Shown here: one piece after another, positions 36,451-45,720 of the stretch | How positions within the stretch are numbered: position 1 is the first letter of the stretch | How the letters are laid out: each line of letters begins with the position of its first letter | DNA from: Clostridia bacterium | Lineage (GTDB): Bacteria > Bacillota > Clostridia > Christensenellales > CAG-314 | Assembly: GCA_900769665.1 (NCBI GenBank) | Contig: CAAGHL010000070.1 | Span: forward strand, 13,620 to 77,619 | Direction: 5' to 3' | Length of the DNA stretch: 64,000 nucleotides | Translations under genes and position numbers: made by a program | The notes under the pieces: model-generated | The model's input: the letters and a program-made list of their open reading frames with translations, nothing else | Database searches by the model: none | What the model was told of the DNA's origin: nothing

Positions 36451-36519
36451 TTGAAGATACATATTTTGTTGTACGGCATGCAGTCGTTTGCGACATTGGC
36501 TAGTGTGCCCAAAAAGTCG

Positions 36520-37356
36520 TCAACGCTTGACTTCGTAGGACTTGTGCGACAGTTCCTCATACTTGGTTTCGGCGCAAATCTTTTCCAAAATAATTTTCAT
36601 TGCGGCGTCCATTTGACTGCCGTCGCGGTAGTCGCCCTTGACGTAGAAATCCACTCGTTCGTCGTCCACAAGGTACAATGCGTCGTCCGGTCTGCGGTAA
36701 ACGCCCACGGCATATCCGCCGCGCGTGCGTGTAAGCTTCATACTGGGTACGTCGGTAAGTCCGTCGCCGATGTATATCATGTGGGAAAAGGGCACCACAC
36801 GTTCGTCCGTAGGCATGGACATGTTGAGTTTTTTGTCCTCCGACACGTCCTCCACGCCCTTGTTGATACGGTACAAAAATTGCGTTTTGTTGGTGTAGTT
36901 GATGGCGACGGAAGGCCACACAGGCTCGCCGTTGTCGTCGTAGACGTAGTCGCAAGCGAAGATATTGTAAAACTCCTTGCCTATCGGGCAACCCTCTATC
37001 ATGGGTTTCAGTCCGCAAGAAATGATGTAGTGCCGCACTTCCAAACCTAGGGAAGCTCCGTAGGCGTTGATACGCTTGAACCAACCCTTGACGCCCTCGA
37101 AAAACTTGACGTCCTTGCCCATTTCCTTCAGCTTGTCGCGCGTAAGGTGAATTTCCTTTTCCCTCGCTTTGGTAGCCATAAGGTACATGTAGGACAGTAT
37201 GTGGTCCATATCGTATTTGTGCGCTATTTCGTCGCTTTGCTTCCAAAACGTCACCGAATCCATGCCGAGCGACGGTATGAAAGTAAACTCCTGCATATCC
37301 TTGGTGGACAGCGTGTTGTCGAAGTCGTAAATCAGCGCAACTACATTGTTGTTCAT
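36520..37356 (-). CDS. HAD-superfamily hydrolase
   Basis: Motif I YDFDNTLS. The ORF-track start at 37362 is TTG; ATG 37354-37356 lies 6 nt behind GGAGG. Confidence 0.8.
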   Translation of the reverse strand: MNNNVVALIYDFDNTLSTKDMQEFTFIPSLGMDSVTFWKQSDEIAHKYDMDHILSYMYLMATKAREKEIHLTRDKLKEMGKDVKFFEGVKGWFKRINAYGASLGLEVRHYIISCGLKPMIEGCPIGKEFYNIFACDYVYDDNGEPVWPSVAINYTNKTQFLYRINKGVEDVSEDKKLNMSMPTDERVVPFSHMIYIGDGLTDVPSMKLTRTRGGYAVGVYRRPDDALYLVDDERVDFYVKGDYRDGSQMDAAMKIILEKICAETKYEELSHKSYEVKR

Positions 37357-37447
37357 TTGCAACCTCCTATCACAAAAATTACGTAAAACGGTAATAAAAT
37401 TTCACATACGTATGCGTTTTTTTGCTACACAAGCACTCCGCACCACA

Positions 37448-37816
37448 TCACCAAACAATGCAAACCCAAGTAAGCAACGCTTGCAAAACAATCACGATGG
37501 ACAGCACAAATGTCGGCTTGAACACGTCCTCGTCGGTGCGGTAAATCGGCTTTAGTTTATAAAATAAAAATATAGCCAACACCAACACAAAGGCAACGAT
37601 GTCGGTAATTATCGGTCCCCACATCAGCTCGCCGATGCACGTAGGCGCGCCCCAACCGATGGCAAATTCCTCACCGATGACAAGCGACGTCCACACAAAG
37701 TGCACCAAATTTACGCCGATAAGCAACGTAAGCAACACTATTGCCCAAGCGGAACGCTCGTACTTTTTCTTTTGTCTGATTTTGCTCCCCATGTAGGAGT
37801 TTGGTCTACGTGACAT
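37448..37816 (-). CDS. Hypothetical small membrane protein
   Basis: ATG 37814-37816 behind AGAGGGGA. Three hydrophobic segments. Confidence 0.5.
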   Translation of the reverse strand: MSRRPNSYMGSKIRQKKKYERSAWAIVLLTLLIGVNLVHFVWTSLVIGEEFAIGWGAPTCIGELMWGPIITDIVAFVLVLAIFLFYKLKPIYRTDEDVFKPTFVLSIVIVLQALLTWVCIVW

Positions 37817-37959
37817 AACTACAATCCCCTCTTTACTAAATTACTAGTCAGGACAACTCCACAATCGTCCATACACTACCGCAACCGTCAACAGTTTTAC
37901 AAACTTGGCAATGCGTACTTAGACATTACACACTGCATAGCTACTTGCATGGCGTAAGT

Positions 37960-38022
37960 TTAACGCCAAAGTATCCGTCGTCACACTCTCAAAATGGTTA
38001 GTGATAGCTAAATTAACCCTAC
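37960..38022 (-). repeat. 64-bp GTAGGGTTAATTT... element, copy 1
   Basis: About 89% identical to 58478-58541. Its first bases (minus strand gTAGggtt) supply the stop codon of the 38019..39299 gene. Confidence 0.8.
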
Positions 38023-39299
38023 TTATTTTTCTTCCTAATATTGCCCTTGATAAGGTTTACGATGGTCATAACCAAGCCGATTACGATAAACACGTAGTAG
38101 GACAGGAAACGCCAACCCACCACCGTCCAAAACAGTAGCGACGGTGCGACGACCTTTTCCAAGGCGTACAAAAACAGGCTTTCCACCGCAAGCGAATTAC
38201 CCGGCGTCGGCACAAACATTACGCTCATAGAGGAATACACGTTTAGCGTCATGATTGCAAACATCAGTTCCACGCTGGGCGCAATGCTTCCGCCAAGGGC
38301 AAGCACCACAAAATACGGCAACGTCATGGAAAGGAACGGCTCGGCGATACACAACAGCACTAGCAGTATGGCGCGCAAGGGCTTCTTTGCCATGATGACA
38401 AACCCGTTGCGGAAGTCGTAGGCAATGCGCTTGGCGTGCTCAAATGCGTCCTCGTCACTCTTGATGATGCGCAACTTCATTGCAATGCGCAAAAACCATG
38501 CAACTATGCGCCCCGTAACCTTTGGCAAAAACGCAAAACATACAATCAGTAGCGGCATACTGAGGTTGATACCGAATCCGATCCAACCTGCCACTTTTAG
38601 CCAAGCAATACGCTCGGCATTGTCAACGTAGGTAGCAAGTACGTCTTTGTTGAACAACATCAGACAGAAGCAAATGCTCAGCCAAAAGATGACGTTGAAG
38701 GCGTACTTTATCATTATCACGGCAGAGCTTTCGCCGCCGCTAAGACCTTTTTTGTGCAAGTGATAGATTTGAAACGGTTGTCCGCCCGAGCTAAACGGCG
38801 TAATGTTGTCGTAGTACTTGCCCACAAGCGACACTTTCAGTGCCAACCCGTAGGTTGTTTTGTCGGGGGTGACGGTTTTCAAAATTACGTAGTACTTCAA
38901 GGAGTCCAGCGCCATCATGACAAGCAACACGCCCACGGACAGAAACAGGTACCACGGATTGAGGTTGACGATTACGTCGGCGAAACTCTTGGAGTTGCCG
39001 TCGGCGATTTGCGACGAGAGGTCGTACATAAAGTACAAACTCAGCACAATCACCACCACGAAAAACACGTTGCTCCACACGCGCGTGCCTCGTTCCGGCT
39101 TGGTGTTGTCGCGTTCGTTAAAAGGCGCGTACCTTTCGTCGGGACCATTGTCGGTTGCGTCGATTATTCCGAGGTCGTCTGCTGCTTGAACGCAAGCATC
39201 GTCGGAAAGCGCACATTGTTCGACTTGCTCCGCGACAATATCCGTCGTATTATCGTCGGTATGTTTAGTTGTCTTGTCTTCGTTCATATTCATAAGCAC
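38019..39299 (-). CDS. Flippase-like / lysylphosphatidylglycerol-synthase TM-region family (UPF0104) membrane protein
   Basis: Polytopic, with YYDNITPFSSGGQPFQIYHLHKKG. Start uncertain: GTG 39299, ATG 39293 or ATG 39287, and no clear RBS. Confidence 0.7.
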   Translation of the reverse strand: MLMNMNEDKTTKHTDDNTTDIVAEQVEQCALSDDACVQAADDLGIIDATDNGPDERYAPFNERDNTKPERGTRVWSNVFFVVVIVLSLYFMYDLSSQIADGNSKSFADVIVNLNPWYLFLSVGVLLVMMALDSLKYYVILKTVTPDKTTYGLALKVSLVGKYYDNITPFSSGGQPFQIYHLHKKGLSGGESSAVIMIKYAFNVIFWLSICFCLMLFNKDVLATYVDNAERIAWLKVAGWIGFGINLSMPLLIVCFAFLPKVTGRIVAWFLRIAMKLRIIKSDEDAFEHAKRIAYDFRNGFVIMAKKPLRAILLVLLCIAEPFLSMTLPYFVVLALGGSIAPSVELMFAIMTLNVYSSMSVMFVPTPGNSLAVESLFLYALEKVVAPSLLFWTVVGWRFLSYYVFIVIGLVMTIVNLIKGNIRKKNK

Positions 39300-39621
39300 A
39301 GTATATTATAACACAACTTACGTCACATTGCAATCGTTACGTTCATTTTTGCCGACAGCATTAGCAATATAGTATACAAAATCGCCAATCTTGTTTATTT
39401 TGCCAATAACGTACAACGTCAACCGCCACCCGACACACCGCAACAAACAAAATGACGAGCTCGGCACAATACCAAACTCGTCTTTTTGTCGGGGTCACAT
39501 TGTCGTCACAAAATACTTTACACAGTGCGCAAGCACATTTACAAAAGAGGTGACGCAAAACGCAAACCACAATCTTTGGAAGTCAAAAAAAAACATTTGT
39601 CACTTACACACTACCGCGCAA

Positions 39622-40512
39622 TTACTCTTCGGGAGTTGCCGTCCAGAAAGCGTCCCAATCCGCAGGCACGCCGAAGCCGGAGAAGTCGATTACACGCTTG
39701 AACGGCTCATGGTTGTAAGCAGGAGCAACGTCGCTGTCGGTAATTTCCTTCCCGTTGCCGAAAGCTTTTGCTGTGATTTCGATGTCGTCGGCGGTAAGCC
39801 CTTCGGGCAAAGTGTACTCGCGGTCGGTGTCGGCAAAGATGTAGAATGTTTTGTAAGCCAAAAATTTGTTTTCAAAGCTAAAATCGGTGTAAGTCAACGT
39901 CGTGAGCGTGTCGCCCGTAGCCTTGTTTTTTACATACACTTCGATTTTGCTAGGCATACCATTGAACCACAGTGCGTTTTCGAGGTAGTAGCACGCAAGG
40001 CTGACATTAAGTTTGCCGTCAGCAACCGTGTAGGTAGCTTTAGGTATCCCCAACTTGCCGCCAAGTGTGAAGTCGAATGTGGCAGGGTCGCTGTCGATGT
40101 AGTCGCTAGCCGTTGCAATGCACTTTGCAGTGTAGCTTGCCTTGGGAAGATCGGTAACGTTGATTATTCCGCCCGGGGCAATCGTAGCGTCGGAAAAAGC
40201 ACGCACTTCCATATTTCCCGTAATACGTCCCGTACCGATAAGCATACTGGTCATTGCCACGATGTCGGTGTATTCCTTGCCTTGCGGATCGTACTTGACA
40301 AGCACGATGTAGTAAAATTGTCCGTTTTCCACCGCATCGAAAGCATAGTCACCCGTAGCGGTGTCAAATGTAAAGTTAGCGGGAGAGGCAAGCTTTTGTT
40401 TGTCGGTTTTGTTGCCTTTGTCGTCGTCGGTGTTATTGCAAGCAACAAGTCCCAAAACTCCGCTAAGTACAAGCATTATCGCAACCAGTGCGACGAAAAT
40501 TCTTTTCTTCAT
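39622..40512 (-). CDS. Hypothetical lipoprotein (296 aa)
   Basis: MKKRIFVALVAIMLVLSGVLGLVAC lipobox. RBS GGAGGAA. Confidence 0.7.
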   Translation of the reverse strand: MKKRIFVALVAIMLVLSGVLGLVACNNTDDDKGNKTDKQKLASPANFTFDTATGDYAFDAVENGQFYYIVLVKYDPQGKEYTDIVAMTSMLIGTGRITGNMEVRAFSDATIAPGGIINVTDLPKASYTAKCIATASDYIDSDPATFDFTLGGKLGIPKATYTVADGKLNVSLACYYLENALWFNGMPSKIEVYVKNKATGDTLTTLTYTDFSFENKFLAYKTFYIFADTDREYTLPEGLTADDIEITAKAFGNGKEITDSDVAPAYNHEPFKRVIDFSGFGVPADWDAFWTATPEE

Positions 40513-40534
40513 ATTCTTTTATTCCTCCGTATGT

Positions 40535-42088
40535 TTACATGAGTATTAAGGTTACAAGTAACAACAAGGACGCTATTGCGGTCGGAAAACCAATGTTTTT
40601 GATTTCTTGCTTTTTGAAGGTAAGCAACTTGAGTACTGCATAGGAAATCATACCGATTGCTACGCCCACTACCACGTTTTGCGTAAACGCAACAAGTGCC
40701 GCAGTTGCGGCAAACGGAACAAACTCCGTAATGTCATTGCAATTGCAATTTTTCACTCCGCGTAGCATAAACAATCCTACGGTAAGCATCAACAGTCCGC
40801 TTACCACAAAGCCGGCTTGCGCATACTCGGCAAAGCTGTTGCTTGTAGCGTGACCGTATTCGCTAACCTTTGCCGTGTAAGTGGCAAACAGCGCAAAGAA
40901 AGCCCACGTCAACGAAGCCAATGCGTAGCCGATACCGCACACAACCGAAGCAAGACCCGTTTTTGCCCCTTCTTCGGCGGCAACGGACGATTGCTTGCCG
41001 ATACTGACGGGAGCCGAGCCTACGACGGGAGCAAATACATTTACAGCGGCATTTACCAACAATGCCTTGCCACGACCGAGCGAACAATCGACATCGGACA
41101 GTTCCACCGCTCCGATTGCGCTTTCCGACTCGTACATACCCATAAACAGATATGTAAGCGCACCGCCGATAAACAACGTCACAACGCTACCGTTGTAAGC
41201 CGAGAAGTCAAACCCCTTGGTAAACACTGCGCCCCACTCGATACCCGTCAAGCCGAAGCCGAATGTGTACAAGTTTTCCGCACCCGCAGCCAAGTAAGCG
41301 CGGTCCACGCAAAACAGTTCATTGAACGCCGCAACGACGCCCAATAGATAAAACAGCAACAATCCCGTCAAAAATCCGTACATATAAGGATGTGCGAGAT
41401 TGAAGCGTTTGCATACAATCACTACGATTACACCGATTGTAGCCGCCACAAGCGCAACCGTTGCAAGCGACGAAAGGGACGACCAGTCGACTACGTTTAC
41501 CGCGCCGTTGCTACCTACGGTAATTACGCCGCAAGTTTTTAGCGCATAAGATATTACGTACAATCCCGTGCCTACGGGCAATGCCTTTTTGACAGGTTCG
41601 GGTAATGCGGCAAGCACAAACTTGCGCGAAGCAGGTATTGCCATTACAACCACATATATGATTGCGCCGACAAAAGACACGGCAAGCAAATTGTAGTACG
41701 TCAGTCCGTTTTGTGCGCCAAGTAGGGAAATAAACGCCGTAGACAGCCCGAGGCTAGACACCTGCACCAACGGCAAATTGCACACAAAACCAAGCAACAT
41801 TGTGCCGACAAATGACACGAGCGTAGCCGCAAGGTAAGTCCCTGCATATCCTGCGCGGTCACTGCCGAGCGTTTCGCAAATAATGCGAGTATTCATCAAA
41901 AGTACGCACACCGAGATAAGAAACACCGAAATTCCCGCAACAACCTCTCGCTTCATGGTACTGCCGCGTTCCTTAAACTTGAAAAACTTGTTTAAGCATT
42001 TAGCAAGTCCCTTTGGCTCGTATGTTTGCGATTGTTCCTGCTCGACGGCTACTTCCTCCGAATTGGATACAATTACATTTTCTTCCAT
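40535..42088 (-). CDS. NCS2-family purine permease (AzgA/PbuG-like)
   Basis: FFKFKERGSTMKREVVAGISVFL N-terminal signature, about 12 TM segments. Start trimmed to ATG 42086-42088 behind GGAGAT. Confidence 0.85.
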   Translation of the reverse strand: MEENVIVSNSEEVAVEQEQSQTYEPKGLAKCLNKFFKFKERGSTMKREVVAGISVFLISVCVLLMNTRIICETLGSDRAGYAGTYLAATLVSFVGTMLLGFVCNLPLVQVSSLGLSTAFISLLGAQNGLTYYNLLAVSFVGAIIYVVVMAIPASRKFVLAALPEPVKKALPVGTGLYVISYALKTCGVITVGSNGAVNVVDWSSLSSLATVALVAATIGVIVVIVCKRFNLAHPYMYGFLTGLLLFYLLGVVAAFNELFCVDRAYLAAGAENLYTFGFGLTGIEWGAVFTKGFDFSAYNGSVVTLFIGGALTYLFMGMYESESAIGAVELSDVDCSLGRGKALLVNAAVNVFAPVVGSAPVSIGKQSSVAAEEGAKTGLASVVCGIGYALASLTWAFFALFATYTAKVSEYGHATSNSFAEYAQAGFVVSGLLMLTVGLFMLRGVKNCNCNDITEFVPFAATAALVAFTQNVVVGVAIGMISYAVLKLLTFKKQEIKNIGFPTAIASLLLLVTLILM

Positions 42089-42162
42089 AAAAATCTCCGA
42101 AGTATCATCGGCGCATGCTCCGCAATTACTGCGGAGCAAAGCACCGTATCGTCAACAAACTA

Positions 42163-45100
42163 TCACTTGTTTTCTTTCTTGGTTGCACCCTTAAAGCCTG
42201 GTACTACCTTAAACACGATGATAAGCACGATTGCCGCCGCAAACAAAATGTTTTGAGCAACCCAAATGGAAACCCACCACCAAGCGCGCGTACCTTCGAT
42301 CTTGCCGGAGTGTGCGTATTGGTACAAGGAGTGTTTCATTGTTTGTTGAAGCTTGTATTGTCCGTAGTTGGTGGTATACGAGCCGTCGCCGAATGCCGCA
42401 ACAACGGTAGGATCGTTGACAAACAAACCTACGTGCAGGATGCCGCCTTCCGCACCGTAAAGGAAGAATACAGAGGAGTTGTACACGTCGCCGAAGTCAC
42501 CATCACCGTCGGTGATCATAAATCCGTCAAAGCCCCAGTCATGTTGCACCATTGTGGTGTGGAATCCGTAATGCGACCAAGCCGTGCCGATTCTATTCAT
42601 GGCAGCCATGATACCGTCGGCTTCGTACTTTTTGACGGAAATCTCAAACGGGCGAGCGTAGATCTCGCGGATGGCTTGTTCGTTAGCCCACGTGCATACG
42701 CCCGTACGGTTGGTGTCGTTGTCGTTGATTGCAAAGTGTTTGATTGTTACGGACGTACCCGTGGATTGGATACCTGCAACTTCCGAACCACCGATTTCGC
42801 CTGCCAACACGCCATCTTCACTAAAGTACTCGAAGTTACGTCCGCCGAAAGGAGAACGGTGCGTGTTCATGGAAGGACCGTATGTGCCGCCGAGGTTGAA
42901 CAGTACCGATTGATGTCCGTATGCAACGCCGGTTTCGTTGACAAGGTCGGTATTGAATGTGGACGCAAGCAATACTGCGCAGGGCCACCACGTAGCTCCG
43001 TTGTACTTTCCGTTTGCCACTTCCGCAGGACCGTCAAGGAATGTAACGTACTTTTTGCCTACTGAGTCCACGTTTGTGGTGCGATAGGAGCATACGCCTT
43101 GAAGAGTGATTGCCTCTTCCAACGTCGTCATGGAAGCAAGCATATCCCAAATGTTGCTGGTTGCAGGCACGTATCCCATGTCGTCCACCGACAGTTTGTG
43201 GTACTTGCCCGAAGCGATTTCAGAGGGATTTTCGTACACGGCAAACGTTCCGTCGTCATTCATCTTTACCTTGCCGTCATCGCCTTCTTCTACGTAATAC
43301 ACCTTGCCCCAATCAACCTTGTAGCTTTCGTCGTTGACGGATTTGCCGTCGACGGTGGTAGTCATGTAGGGCGCAACGTCGTTGCCGTGTGCGTAGTAAG
43401 TTTTGGTGATGGTCGTCTTTACACCGTTGATGTATGTTTCAAAGGTGTATTCCGCACTTTGCTTACCCGTCAGCAACAGTATCTTCGAGATACCTTCGGC
43501 AAGTATTTCGTTAGGTGCTTCGTTGGATTGGTGACGCATTATCGAAGCCATACCGTCGGAAATGTTGCTTCTGGACAAATATCCGTCTAACATGTTACCG
43601 TCACCTGCCGTCACGTCGTCCATTGCGTTACGTGCCGTGTTGGCGTCGCTGTTTCTCTTGACTGCGTACACCGCTCCGTCCACGATACCTTCGACGGGAC
43701 CCGTGGGTTTCTCCTTGAAGATGACGGGGTGAGCAAGGTTGAAGGAAACGCTGTCGTAATAAGCAGTGTTGCCGCTTTCCGCCCAACAGTGGGCGTTGTC
43801 TTGGATGTTGAACTTGTATGTGCCGTTTTCAAGCACGTAACAACCTTGACCGAAGTTGTCGTAGGATGCGATTTCGTCCGTTTCAAAGGTAATTACAACG
43901 TCTTCGGAAGCACCGGGAGCAAGCTCCTTGGTTTTACCGAACGCAACGAGAGAAACCTTGGACTTTTCCAAGCCTCTGCCCTTGATACCGAAGTTATTAG
44001 TATCGCTTGCGTATGGTGCGTCGACGTACAATTGGACAATTTCCTTACCCGTATACGTGCTACCAGTGTTGGTTACGCGCACTGTGATGCTGTTTGTTCC
44101 GTGCGGAGTCATCGTAACGTCGGAAGCAACTATTTTTTGCGAGAAGGTCGTGTAGGACAAGCCGTAGCCGAATGGAAATTGCACCACTTGATCGTAGCCG
44201 CCCGTCACTTTGCCGTTTTTGAACTCGATTGCCTTGAATGCGTCACTGTCGAAGTAACCTTCGGCGGCAGCGGTTTCGTAGTACTTGTAACCTACGTAGA
44301 TACCTTCTTCGTATTGGTAGAACTTGTGCGCGTTACCGTTGCCTGCAATGGCTTTGCCATCGGCTGTTTTCAGTTCGGCATTGGCGTACTCGTTATTGTC
44401 CATGTTGTAGTATGTAGGGTTGGTGGTCATGTCGTATGCGTAGGTGTCGGCAAGTGCGCCCGAAGGAGATTTGCCGGCAACCACGTTTGCCGTACCCATG
44501 ATACCTGCCTCGCCGGGCAAGCCCATCCACAAGCATGCGTCCACACGGTACTTTTCCTCGTTGAGGAAGCCGCACTCGAGGGGCGTTGCGGAGTTGAGCA
44601 ACACGATTGTTTTGTCAAAGTTTTCCTTAGCAAACTCCAACAATGCGTACTCGTTGTCGCCAAGCTCCAAAATGGTACGATTGAGTGTGGAACCCGTGTT
44701 GTCGATGTCCATTGTGGGAGAAGCGCCTTCGGCACCGGTACGGGAGAACATGACGAGTGCAGTCTTGTAACTTCCGATAGACGGCTTGACAAATTGCTCG
44801 TAGGTTTCGCGAGTGAACTCGTTAATATTTTGGTAGCCTACCCATGCGGAAGAGGTCACGCCGGGGTCGCCGCTTGCAAGAAACGCAGGATCGGTGTTAC
44901 GTCTGCGTGCACCGCCGCTTGCCTTTACAAGCCATTGCCATACGTCGTCGTTGACGCTGAGTCCTGCGTCGGAGAATGCTTTGTACGGGGTGATTGTGTT
45001 GTTGTCGTCCTTACCGCCCGCACTGCCCTCGCCGCCGATGATGTAGTTGTACGTCATTGCTCCTAACAACGTAACCTTGTCGCCCTTGGCAAGAGGCAAG

Positions 45101-45351
45101 GAATTGTCGGAGTTTTTCAGCAAAACCGAGCCTTCCTCGCCCACGCGCATGCTTACGTTGTAGCCTTCACTGTAGCACGACGCAAGGTCGTAACTCCCGT
45201 CGCCATTGACGCTACTTGTCGTATAGCCGCCCAAAAACATCGCAATGGTGTCTTTTAGGCTGGCAAACACAACGTTGATGATCAAGCAGATGACTAGTAG
45301 AATAGCGCAAACCACTATGCCTACAACTGCTTTCTTCTTGCTTTGTTCCAT
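42163..45351 (-). CDS. Glycoside hydrolase family 3 (beta-glucosidase-like) with TM helices at both termini
   Basis: GH3 nucleophile region WGFDGFMITD. N-terminal TM VVGIVVCAILLVICLIINVVF, C-terminal TM VSIWVAQNILFAAAIVLIIVF. RBS AGGAGGAA. Confidence 0.9.
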   Translation of the reverse strand: MEQSKKKAVVGIVVCAILLVICLIINVVFASLKDTIAMFLGGYTTSSVNGDGSYDLASCYSEGYNVSMRVGEEGSVLLKNSDNSLPLAKGDKVTLLGAMTYNYIIGGEGSAGGKDDNNTITPYKAFSDAGLSVNDDVWQWLVKASGGARRRNTDPAFLASGDPGVTSSAWVGYQNINEFTRETYEQFVKPSIGSYKTALVMFSRTGAEGASPTMDIDNTGSTLNRTILELGDNEYALLEFAKENFDKTIVLLNSATPLECGFLNEEKYRVDACLWMGLPGEAGIMGTANVVAGKSPSGALADTYAYDMTTNPTYYNMDNNEYANAELKTADGKAIAGNGNAHKFYQYEEGIYVGYKYYETAAAEGYFDSDAFKAIEFKNGKVTGGYDQVVQFPFGYGLSYTTFSQKIVASDVTMTPHGTNSITVRVTNTGSTYTGKEIVQLYVDAPYASDTNNFGIKGRGLEKSKVSLVAFGKTKELAPGASEDVVITFETDEIASYDNFGQGCYVLENGTYKFNIQDNAHCWAESGNTAYYDSVSFNLAHPVIFKEKPTGPVEGIVDGAVYAVKRNSDANTARNAMDDVTAGDGNMLDGYLSRSNISDGMASIMRHQSNEAPNEILAEGISKILLLTGKQSAEYTFETYINGVKTTITKTYYAHGNDVAPYMTTTVDGKSVNDESYKVDWGKVYYVEEGDDGKVKMNDDGTFAVYENPSEIASGKYHKLSVDDMGYVPATSNIWDMLASMTTLEEAITLQGVCSYRTTNVDSVGKKYVTFLDGPAEVANGKYNGATWWPCAVLLASTFNTDLVNETGVAYGHQSVLFNLGGTYGPSMNTHRSPFGGRNFEYFSEDGVLAGEIGGSEVAGIQSTGTSVTIKHFAINDNDTNRTGVCTWANEQAIREIYARPFEISVKKYEADGIMAAMNRIGTAWSHYGFHTTMVQHDWGFDGFMITDGDGDFGDVYNSSVFFLYGAEGGILHVGLFVNDPTVVAAFGDGSYTTNYGQYKLQQTMKHSLYQYAHSGKIEGTRAWWWVSIWVAQNILFAAAIVLIIVFKVVPGFKGATKKENK

Positions 45352-45720
45352 TGTAACACTTTCCTCCTGATTATTTTTGCCGAGTGACGTCGGCTATTTT
45401 GCAACGGGTTCTGCTGTCAGAGCTTGCCCGTTTGTCGCCAACTATACACAGTGGCGAACTTTGCAAAAAGACTGTATCACATCGCAAAAAGGAGTTCAAG
45501 GAGTATTCCCTATCTAGTATTTGTGGTTTCATAGTCGGTACTTGCGCAGCGTGTTTTTGTCTTGATTTGACCGCAAACAGCCGCATTTGCTTGCGACATT
45601 ACCTTGTACACTGCCGACAAAAATTGTCACAAACTACGCAAATCAAAAAAAAATCGCACAAATAACAAACAGACCATCACAAGGAATGATCTGTTTGTTT
45701 ATTTAGCGACAATCGAAACA

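Noticed and set aside
36179-36496. 105-aa ORF in the AT-rich region upstream of the Cys-rich lipoprotein gene.
   Set aside because: It has AT-rich, low-complexity sequence and no RBS. It overlaps the HAD gene terminator and the likely promoter region.
42089-42162. Purine riboswitch upstream of the AzgA/PbuG-like permease.
   Set aside because: Only 74 nt separate it from the GH3 stop. There is no three-way-junction motif, and the only structure is a GCTCCGCA..TGCGGAGC hairpin.
45352-45720. Small AgrD-like pro-peptide ORF near the LytTR/HK operon (also searched 47760-48050).
   Set aside because: No short ORF with an RBS, an amphipathic leader and a Cys/Ser-containing core was visible by eye. 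ORFs 45371..45586 and 45384..45665 look non-coding.
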